Source: Antedon mediterranea (lineage: Eukaryota; Animalia; Echinodermata). From it: a DNA stretch of 64,000 nucleotides. The stretch is from the NCBI RefSeq assembly GCF_964355755.1, contig NC_092674.1, positions 3,472,001 through 3,536,000 of the forward strand, in the 5' to 3' direction. Positions 12,201-23,100 of the stretch are shown here, piece after piece. The notes beneath the pieces are model-generated. The model worked only from the letters and a program-made list of their open reading frames with translations. It was not told the origin of the DNA and did no database searches. The position numbers were made by a program, and so were the translations under genes. How positions within the stretch are numbered: the first letter of the stretch is position 1; every line of letters starts with the position of its first letter.

Positions 12201-15200
12201 CCAGCTCAAATCATCCAATGTATTTTTACTAAGGTAAATCAATATGTTGAACTAATTTTTATCTGTATTTTAGTTGGATCAATGGAAGTAATGAGACGTA
12301 CTGGCGGTTCTTCACATGGTACGGACCGCTCTTTGTTATCATAGTTATAATGTTTGCTGTATACAGTTACCTCACCTACAGACTCAACCAGAGAGTGCGT
12401 ACTTGGGAGGGTACTTATGACCCCGATATAGAACACAGCAAGGAGCTTCTTAAGCAAGACATCAAACCGCTCAAGGCTTACCCATTTATCTACCTCATCT
12501 TATCAATATTTCCTTTAATTAACAGGTAAATCCATCAATATGATATTTTTATTTAACTTTTATTTCTTAAATTTTTTAAATAAAACATTTGTGTGAAATA
12601 GAAAGCCAGAAATGAGGTGCTTGTGAAAGTAGCGCATTGTGTACATTGTGTTTCAATTTAGTCTTTTGTTAAATTCAATCCAACAGCATAATATCAATCA
12701 TTTAGTTTAGGGCAAAGGTCGTGAATTAGCTCTTGGCAATAGAGTATGGATATCTCATTAAATTGGGAGGTTTAACCATATAATTTATAAGTACATAAAC
12801 CTATGTTTAGCATGCAAAAAGTAATACTAAAACATATGCTTTTCAATCAATAATTTGTAGTCCTAATATTCATGGTTGCACCAAACGGCTACATAGTAAT
12901 AAATAAGTAATAAATGTGATGTTTTTTATTTAAAAAATAGTACTGTTTATATTGATTTATTTTTTGTTAGAATTCAGAATGCAGTTAACCCAGGTGAGGC
13001 TGTCTTTGGCCTGGTTTTAATGCATGCCATTTGCTCTCCACTGCAAGGCGTTTTTAATGCTATTGCATATGGTCTGGATAAGGAGACTATCAGCCGACTA
13101 ACCTGGCCACAAATAAGTGTAAGTTGTCCAGGAAATTGTCCTACTACTCTTTTTCTTATTAATATATTTTTACCTATCTTTACCCAGTTATATGTGTATA
13201 CACAATATAGTAGGTGTATTCGACTGGGCTCTTTTGAGAAGATAATCTACAGACATAACTCCTTGTTGCATGTATAAAGAGTGATATCGCCCTCTATCCG
13301 GGGCAGAGGCAAAAGAGAATGTTGTTAATTTCAAGGTTAATCATTGTCGTATGAAGTCTTCAATCATAAAAAACAATACTTAAAACACCCTTTTAGTAGA
13401 TCATTGAGCCGTTTGTGAGTGACCAGTCGAATACACCTTATAGTCATGTTCATATCCTTCTATTCTACATAAGAGGCTACTAAAACAAACCAAACTCCAA
13501 GATTTCCAGTATGTGAAATTCTGTTATGTGTATATTATATAGGTTTTATATTATATTTATATTGTACAGTTTTTTTACTTGTATTAACTTTTCTCTGTAT
13601 AGAGGTTTTCTAATAGATTTTTTATATTCACTATTCACAGCATTAAGCTTGCATTATATATACACTGATAAATAACATAAGAAAACAGTCATTTTCACGA
13701 CGGTAGCACAATAATGATGGTAAATAGAGAGTCGGCACAATTGCATTAAATTTACATTTATTGGTTTTGAAACACACAGATAAAGTCTCTATGACATCAT
13801 TTCAAACTTTGCAAAACATTGAGAACATTTTACCCCACAATGTACTTTAGGTTGACGTTATATATAAGTCTCGGCCCAGAACCATTTTACCGCGAGGTGG
13901 CTTGAGAAATTGGGAATATGGTAAAACATTAACAATTTTACGGGGTGGTGGGAGAGGCTGATTTAGGTAATATATGCTGTTGATTAACTCTCCATTTTGT
14001 TTTGCTACCATTGTGATATACCACAAGGCTCTATATAGAGACCTGTAATACTATTATTATATCTTATTCTTACACTTTTTTTATTATTAATATTTACTGT
14101 ATGCACAGAAATACCTAGAATAAACAGTAAGGCATCAGTTGAAGGGCCTAAAATTAGTATAAAATAAAGTGATGAACTTAATCTAGATTTTGGGGTTCCT
14201 GGCAGCGATATTTCTTTTCGTACATAAGTTGGGGACCCCTCATGAAACGTCTCAAAATAAACATGAATATTCATTAGTCATGTAAGAATTGAGCCAACTA
14301 CAATTCGCTAATGCAAATGCTTTCCATTATTGCTGTCTGTGTAGTCAATTGGTTAGACTATTTACATGTCATGTACAGCAACTGCTTTTTACTTTGTAGT
14401 GAGAGAGAGATGAGATTATTAGACGGTAATATTTTGCAACTATCTTTCACATAAGGAGTCCCCAACTTATGTACAAAAAAAAATTGCTTCTTGATACACT
14501 CAAAGTTGTGTGTCCATCTGTATGCTAGCACAAGTTGAACATAGGTTTAAAAGATGGACGTACTGTACCATGACTTTGAAGCTACAGTATACCAATCATG
14601 CAAATTTGATTTCAAACCTCAAAAACCTTAAAACATAGACATTTTATCATTTAATATGAATAATGATAGAAATCAAATCAAACAATAAATCAAATCCCTA
14701 TCAATGAATGAAATTATTACTCATGTACACTTACACTTTCAACCAATCAAATCACTTCAAACCACACAAGCCTTATATGGCTGTTATTTTCTCATCTCAT
14801 TTACATATAGGTTGCTTGGAAAGGTCATTTTTACGAGAGGTCACAAATTCGTGAATATCCATTGGCCGTACCAGACAACTTAGACATAGATGAGAGAGAC
14901 TATTTAAAGCAGCCATTAACCGAGTCCTACTCATAACAAAGTTTGTAACCCTTTTGTCCCTTTTTGCATGCCATACATTTACAAATTCATGTAAATTTAG
15001 AATGAAATTTTATTCATTTTTTTACTAATCATATCAACATTTATAAATCATGTTTTCTATAACTACTTGCTACTTCATTAGTTAGTACAGTCAACTCGGA
15101 TGCTTTTCCCAAATCAGAATGTTCCTGTTATGGGCCTATGCATTCCATTAAATAGCAAACTTAATGGTGTTAGTTATTGGCTGGTGTTTAGGGACAGTTT

Positions 15201-15772
15201 GACTGACACCTAATCACTTTTGAATCTATTAAATTAACAAATACTTAATAGGGCACGTTAGTTTTTTTGCTATTTCATGTTTCTTCATTTTGTTTGCATG
15301 TTAAATCCTTCTTTATGTTATAATTCAATTTCAGTTTGCTTTCTACATTTATTTTTGGTACAATAAAATATGTATCAGGATCCAAATGGGGAATTTGGAT
15401 CAGATTTCTAGCATGAGGCACCAAACTCTACCTGTAATTGCTCTGAGAGAACTAAAAAATAAAATCAGGTAGAAGTTTGTACGAATGAGTGAGAGCAGAG
15501 ATTAGAAAATAATCGAAACCGGAAAAAAATTGGTGTCTGAGCAAATTTGATTAATGTCTCATTTATTACAGAATGCGTTTAAAAGCAAGTTCAGTAGCAG
15601 AGCTGTGATTGGTGAATACAATATTGAGGAGAGGACCGACACTATAGAGAGTGTGGACACTGTTCTTGATGACGATGATGATCCAAAAGAAGAGAAAACG
15701 GAACCGGTCGATGAAGATACACCGAAGAAAGATGAAGAACAGTGGTCTTCGGTGAATTTACAGAAAGATTAA
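6281..15772 (+). CDS. Cyclic AMP receptor-like 7TM GPCR (Dicty_CAR/GPR157-like family). Exons 6281-6346, 6771-6823, [7330-7438 OR 8683-8794], 9279-9339, 9549-9636, 11425-11514, 12274-12525, 12971-13118, [14811-14936 OR 15572-15772]
   Basis: Spliced translation gives 7 TM segments with family motifs WCEFQAWMLSFFDWAVLLWVCCITFNLY, YHAISWG, YGPAGAWCWI, WRFFTWYGPLF, LKAYPFIYLI, LQGVFNAIAYG. All splice phases are consistent. Confidence 0.85.
9696..11138. mobile_element. Small MITE interrupted by the hAT-like element 9775-11073
   Basis: Inverted termini TAGAGAGCTTTCAATTTGCGA / TCGCAAATCGAATGCTCTCTA flank the inner element. Confidence 0.55.
9775..11073. mobile_element. Non-autonomous hAT-like element with a 6-bp TSD
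   Basis: TIR CAGGGCATCA / TGATGCCCTG, subterminal GGAGAGC/GCTCTCC repeats, direct repeat GAACAT at 9769-9774 and 11074-11079. Confidence 0.75.
11140..11284. mobile_element. Representative copy of the dominant MITE family (TIR AGCTCTGTCTACACTATCAAACT)
   Basis: About 23-bp TIRs with TAA/TTA-like flanks (PIF/Harbinger Tourist-like, inferred). Internal variable 21-bp repeat ATATGCCCAAATATGGTAGTG. Other copies or fragments near 9120, 11536, 12030, 15856, 31633, 35117, 44217, 46241, 48804, 49262, 51070, 51217, 51590, 52783, 55695, 56414, 56921, 61086. Confidence 0.85.
13212..13438. mobile_element. MITE
   Basis: TIR AGGTGTATTCGACTGG / CCAGTCGAATACACCT. Confidence 0.65.
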
Positions 15773-16083
15773 AAAGATGATAAAATTTAAGGAATGGTGA
15801 GCACATTTTAGGAATATAAGTTTTTCCAGTTAACAAATTTCTAAAATTGCCAATACACTATCAAACTAGTTTGACAAAAAAAGTTTGATGTGCCCAAATA
15901 TGGTAGTGTCATATCCATATTTGTTTGGGAACATCACATTTTTTGTCAAATAAAGTTTGATAGTGATAGACAGAGGTTAAGAATGCAATTTCTATTTTTT
16001 TTTTCATTTGACGTTATTCAGAACAAGCAAACAAAAGCAGTACAACCTACTCTATGCTGTATGTGTCTGTGCAGTGCTCTATT

Positions 16084-16245
16084 AAGCTTGGTTCCCACTA
16101 GAACGCAACGCAAGCGTTTTAACCGATGACAAGCGAAGTTATAGACAGTTAGCAATCGCAAGCGAATAAGCCATCGCTTGTGATTGGTCAATTCACTTGC
16201 GTTGTGTTACGTCCTTGCGTTGCGTCGCTAGTGGGAACCACGCTT
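16084..16245. mobile_element. MITE (TGGTTCCCACTAG family) in the GPCR 3' region
   Basis: AAGCTTGGTTCCCACTAGAACGCAACGCAAG ... TTGCGTTGCGTCGCTAGTGGGAACCACGCTT; related copy at 33052-33287. Confidence 0.75.
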
Positions 16246-17153
16246 TATAGTAGAGTAGAGACTTAATTGACTGAATTATTTAAGTGAAGAAGGCCCAGTA
16301 AATTAAATACCACCTTTTACTCACCAAATAAATCCTTCAATATTAAAATATCCCACCAACAAAATTGAAATGGCTGTTTTACTGGAGTGGAAGATAATAG
16401 AGAAAGGCCATGTGTTCCTAAAGACCTTAATGGCCATTGTTGCATTACGTTTGTTTTTTTTTACTGTACCAAGACGCTATGTTTTTTGGTGTATCAGTGA
16501 CATAAGCAACAGAGTTCTTGAAACAAGATAATAGCATTACTTAAACAATAATGTTGTACAATTCTAAATTATTCATTTATTCTCGTACATACCTTTTAAT
16601 TTTGTAAATGCTTTTTTGCAATGTTCAATATAATTACATAATATTTTAGTTGTATATATTATTTTATACCTCATAATCATATTTATTAATTATTATATAT
16701 TAATAAGAACGTTGTGAGCAATGGAACTTGCAGAATAATATTATGACTGTATCCATAAAGCTTACATGCATTTAAATTATATCGGGTGAATTATTAATTA
16801 ATTAATATTTGTATATAAATTCAATGTATTTTAGTATTGTAAATATGGTATATGATGTGTCACATGACTTTCATAATAAAGGAAAATTATATCTTCATAT
16901 TTGTTTCATTGAAAATATGCTTTTATTAATCTATATACAGCAGTACATAATTTATATACAGTTACAGGTACACGGGTGAAACACCAATATTGTATGTTAA
17001 TGGTTGTTACTACTGTACTATTATTTAAACACCCACCCTCTTCTTTTGGTGAGATCCAAGCTTTAGCACTCCATTCCCTGTATGTTTAAGTTAATGGAAG
17101 ACATGGTAAATTACATATTACAGTTTTATTGTATTCTGCTAGTTTAATATCAG

Positions 17154-20100
17154 TTAAAGCAATTTCTTTCTGTCCAGATCACCGTCATCTTCAAAGGTCT
17201 GTTGGGAAAAAACACAAACATAAAAATCAATATTTAAATTACTGTAGCTGTAATGCTCATTCTTGTTGACCAGACTGGCGTTATTTATTCACAGTATTAA
17301 GTGGGCTAATCCTGTCTCCATAGGTTTCAAGGTTGTCATAGCCGGGAGTGGTATTGGGGTTAAGCTCCCTTTACCTAAAAAATGCTCCCATACGGTGTGC
17401 GTCTCAAATAGCCTCTGACAACTAAAAGTCCAACTCCTGGCCTGCACGAATGGCTTAGTTCTTTCTTTAAGCCTGGCGAAACCTGCTTCCTACTGACAGG
17501 AGAAGGGACGAAGGCGAGCCATTGGCGCCTCAAAACCAGAAGCTTACTTGGACAGGTGGAGTTCATCAGCCGTGACAGGCAGTTCACCTAGGAGAAGGAA
17601 AACTCTGATTTTAAACCTCCGCTGCCTTGCGGCTATATCCATCCTGGAAAAGGCTTCAGGAGTAAACCTCAAGGACAAATCCGGAGTGAAGCCCCTAAGG
17701 CGGTTTGGAACATTGACTCAATCTCCTTCCGGCAGCTTCTGCAGCCAAACTGGTACCATACGTATTGCTCTGCTCTCCTATGGACTTTATCGGTAAAGGC
17801 CGAGAGGGGGATTCTGCTGACTGGGCATCGCAGGGTCCCCATATTTTTCTTCGCCCAGGCGTGCGCCCTGGAGAGGTCACTTCAGTGCTGTTGTAAAAAA
17901 CGGCTAAAATCAACACGGGAGACAGCAGTTTACGAGTGATAAGCCAAGACCAATTGGCGTAGGTCAAGGCGCTACGGGTTGTCTCCGACGGTGGGAGGGA
18001 CCATCGCAGTCCCACTGGTCAGCTATCGCCCGCCTCAAGCCGAGCAGCCCTCGGCCAGTAAGATGCTGACCCGCCACAGTCTGCCTGCTTCAATGGGTGC
18101 TTGGAGCTTAGGATTCTTCCGACAAGCGGACTGTAACTACTGCACCAGGCAAAAGATTAAAGAAAAGACTAAAGAATACTACACCTTGCGATTTGCAAGC
18201 TGGAATGTCAGGACCATGTGTCCTGGCTTTTCAAACGACCCACGAACGACCAATGACTTAAGAAAGACAGCTATCATCAACCGTGAGCTCAAGAGGCTCA
18301 ACATCGATATCGCTGCATTACAGGAGACAAGACTCCCCTCGGATGGCAGTATAAGAGAAAGGGACTACACGTTCTTTTGGCAGGGGTTGGAACCTGACCA
18401 ACCACGACTCCATGGAGTGGGGTTCGCTGTTAGAAACTCTCTTGTAGCATCAGTCGAACCACCATCCAAGGGCACCGCCCGAATCCTCTCACTCCGCCTA
18501 TCAACATCTTCGGGCACAGTAAACATCTTGAGCATCTATGCACCAACTCTTTGCTCAACACCCGAGTCTAAAGATGAGTTTTATGAAGAGCTGGACTCTG
18601 CCATCAGAGGAATCTCAGACACAGAACATCTGTATTTGCTTGGCGACTTCAACGCCCGTGTGGGATCTGACCATTTTTCCTGGCCCAGGAGCATTGGACA
18701 TTTTGGTGTAGGAAGACTAAATGAGAATGGCCAGAGGCTTCTGGAGCTCTGCAGTTATCATGACCTCTGCATTACCAACACATTCTTCTCCACCAAGCCT
18801 CAGCACAAAGTGTCCTGGCGACATCCAAGATCTCACCACTGGCATCAACTAGATCTCGTCATCACTCGAAGATCTTACTTAAATTACGTAAACATCACTC
18901 GCAGTTACCATAGTGCAGACTGCGATACTGATCACTCTATGGTGCGCAGCACAGTGTGTCTCAAACCAAAGCAAATTCATCGCTTCAGGCACATAGGATG
19001 CCCACGCATCAACACAGCTAAGACCAATCTGCCAGACCTGTGCGCTCGTTTCGCCCAAACCATCGATAAAATGCTGAAAGACTGTCCAAAAGCCAACTCT
19101 GAAATGAGACGGGCTCATATTCGTGATGCCATCTATACCTCCGCCAAAGACATCTTCGGCGTGAAAGAGAGGAAAACCCCTGATTGGTTTGAATCAGGAA
19201 TTTCTGCGATGGAGCCAGCTTTAGAGGCAAAGCGTGCAGCGCTAATTGACTACAAAAGAGACCCTTCAGAAAGAACACTAGAGGCTCTTCGTAAAGCTAG
19301 AAATAACTCTCAAAAGATAGCTCGACAGTGTGCCAACCAATACTGGTTGAACCTCTGTCAAGATATTCAACTCTCTGCTGATCATGGCAACACTGGCGCC
19401 ATGTACGCTGGTATAAAAAAGGCCTTTGGACCTAGTGCAACGAAGATCGCACCATTAAAGACCGCCTCTGGTACCATCATAACTGATCGTGGAAAGCAGA
19501 TGGAGAGATGGGTAGAGCATTACCAACAACTCTACTTGAGAGAAAACATTGTCACTGACTCAGCCATTGAGTGCATAGATTCTCTCCCCATAATGGAAGA
19601 GCTCGACAATCCACCTACACTGGCGGAACTAAGCAAGGCCATTGATATCTTGGCTTGCGGTAAAGCCCCAGGAAAGGACGGTATCCCACCAGAGGTCCTC
19701 AAGGCTGGTAAACGCTCCACATTATTACTACAAAACCTACACGAGCTTCTGCTACAATGCTGGGAAGAAGGCTCAGTACCCCAGGATATGCGTGACGCAA
19801 ACATCGTTACACTGTATAAGAACAAAGGCGATCGCAGCGACTGCAACAACTATTGTGGAATATCCCTTCTTAGCATAGTGGGTAAAGTCTTCGCACGTGT
19901 TGTACTAACTAGATTACAATCACTTGCAGAACGTGTCTATCCTGAAGCCCAGTGCGGCTTCAGAGCTGGAAGATCAACCATCGACATGATATTCTCAGTG
20001 AGACAACTGCAAGAAAAATGCCGTGAGCAGAGGCAGCCCCTGTACATTGCCTTCATAGATCTAACGAAAGCCTTTGACCTTGTCAGTAGGAAAGGTCTCT

Positions 20101-23100
20101 TCTCCCTAATACAAAGGATCGGATGTCCTCCAAAGCTTCTGGGGATAATCACCTCCTTTCACGAAGACATGCACAGCGTTGTGCAGTATGATGGCTCATC
20201 TTCAGATCCTTTTCCCATCAAGAGTGGAGTAAAGCAGGGGTGCGTTCTCGCGCCTACACTCTTCGGCATATTCTTTTCCCTGTTACTATCATATGCCTTT
20301 CGTCAGTCAAATGAAGGAGTCTACCTACATACTTGAAGTGACGGAAATCTCTTCAACCTTGCCCGCCTTCGCGCAAAGACCAAGGTGCGACGTCTACTTA
20401 TTAGAGAGTTGCTCTTCGCTGATGACGCTGCCATCACAGCCCACAGTGTAGAAGCACTCCAGCGCCTCATTGACTGCTTCTCACATGCATGCGAGGAGTT
20501 TGGCCTTACCATCAGCCTTAAGAAAACGAACGTTCTAAGTCAAGACGCAGCCAATGCTCCTCCTAAGATCAAAATCGGCGATTATACTCTTGAGGTGGTG
20601 GACAAGTTCATTTACCTTGGTTCCACTGTTTCCAGTAACCTCTCATTTGACGCCGAACTCAACATCAGGATTGGAAAAGCGACATCAGCCATGGCTCGCC
20701 TAACAGATAAGGTTTGGAAAAACCGCATGCTGACTATAAACACCAAGATGAAGATCTACCAGGCTTGTGTCCTAAGCACCCTATTGTACAGCAGTGAATC
20801 ATGGTCTCTTTACACCCGCCAAGAGCGCAGATTGAGTTCATTTCATCTGCGCTGCCTGAGAAGGATACTCGGCATCAAATGGCAGGATCATGTCTCAAAT
20901 AAAACCGTTCTAACTCGGGCAAGTTTGCCCAGCATGTACTCACTACTTACCCAGAGACGCCTTCGATGGCTGGGCCATGTAAGGCGCATGGATGACGGAA
21001 GAATACCAAAGGACTTACTCTATGGTGAGCTTGTCACTGGAACTAGACCTAAAGGAAGGCCCATGTTACGCTTTAAAGACGTATGCAAGCGTGATCTTAA
21101 GTCGGGCAACACAAACGTCACAAACTGGGAGGCTGTTGCCTCCGATCGCAGTATGTGGAGATCCACTATCAAGATGTGTGTCCAAACAAGCGAGAGTGGA
21201 CGCGACAAGAAACGGACGCTACTCAAGAAACGTAGAAAGGAGAGAGCATCCTCTGCTCCAACCGATCAGGAGCCAACGTACATCTGCCCAAAATGTGACA
21301 AATCATGCCGCTCAAAAATTGGACTTTTTAGTCACAGCAGGCGCTGTGACCCTGCACCGAATGACGGATAGAGGGCGCATACCTATTGTCTCTCGAGACA
21401 GACGGCTGCCAATAAAAAAAAATCCTGTCTCCAATCTCCCTTGTGAAATAATCCATTTGTACAATGAATAGTATAAAAATAGAAATAAATTTTGAATAAG
21501 TAAAACTTTCTTAGGGCCAGCTGTCTGGACTGGTGAATATACTGTTCTTGTAGACGTTTTCTTCTGAAGACACATGGCCGTCATTGATGGATACTTAGTA
21601 TCAGTTGATTTCACTGCTGGTTTACTAGAGATCTATGTTTATACCATGCTATACACTTTTATTTTAATTATTGATGTTTTTATTATGTATTGGTTAAAGA
21701 AACAACTGTACTGTATTATACCTGTGTGTCATCTAGTTGTTTACTGTACACATCATTTAACTTGGACTGGATTCTGCCAACTTTACCCGCAATAAAAATG
21801 ATACTCTCTTTCATATCGGACACTAACAATAAGAAAAATAGTGAACATTTAATTTTGTTATTTTGCTTACAAATGTTTAGCCTTAGTATGTTTTCATATT
21901 ATTTATAAAAAAATTGTTGATTACAGAATAGTAGTGTGTAGAAAACAACAGAAAAAGAAGCCAAATTATTTTCATTTATATTACTCTGGTTCGAATCAGT
22001 GTTTTTTATTGTATTAATTTTTTGCTGGGCAATCCCAAGAAACCAAATTGTAATTTACTAATTGGTTAAACTAAGGCAATCTAACAACAGGACACTGAGC
22101 TCTCCTTGCCAAGATAGGAACTCGTAACAGTCCTTGGATCTTTTGTCTGGCGGAGACAAATACCAACAGTACTGTGGTATATATCAGTGTTCTCCCCAGG
22201 CCTTTGAAGCGTCACGGTACCGTGACGCTTGGGTTCTCTACCGTGACGCTTTACGGTCGGCCGTGACGCTTAAAACCTTATCCGTGACGCTTAAAAATAA
22301 CAACAATCTAAAAATAGATTAACAGGCAGGAGGTACGGTACTTTCTCTGCGGCATGCATAAAGAGCCTAATGCACACGAGACACGTGACATGACCACTAG
22401 ACGAAAAACAAAAGACTGCGTAACAAAGTGTTAATGTTATGCGCGATTTGAACGATTTGCGCAATTTGAAATTGCGCAAAAAAATCCTTGCGCAATTTGA
22501 AATTGCGCAAAGAATTCTTGCGCAATTTAAAATTGCGCAAGGATTTTTTTGCGCAATTTCAAATTGCGCAATCAACTTGCGCAAGAAAATCTTTGCGCAA
22601 TTTTAAATTGCGCTGCACAATTTGTAAATTGCGCAAGGTAGTTCTTGCGCAATATGACACCTTTGCGCAATTTGAAAACGAACTGTAAATTTTCCCATAC
22701 ATGGCTAGGCTAGGCCTAGGCAGAGGAGTTTAAAATTTAGTATTTTATTATATAAATAAGACCATTTCAATGAAGATAATGTTTAATACTCACTTTTTAA
22801 GTTTTTAATATTAGTTTAGCTAGGCCATGTAACCTAGTCAGTATCAGTAGTCCAGATCCTAGCTAGGCTAGAGTAGTAGGCTATAGCCGGCCGCCCGCGC
22901 CGCGCCCGCCTGGTGGAACACCACCGCTTCGTTTTCCTTCGTCGGTTCTTCGACGGTATGCTAACTTATAACAATATTTGCACTACTAAAATAAGGAAAT
23001 GCAATATTTATCTTTAATTTTGAATCATTCTTAGAAATTACTATAAAAATATGGGTGTGCATGATTTCACAATCTGTCGAAAAACCTTGCGCAATTTGCA

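Noticed and set aside
20334-20336. In-frame TGA as selenocysteine or programmed read-through
   Set aside because: The position corresponds to Arg in RTE ORFs and no SECIS is evident; a simple nonsense mutation is more parsimonious
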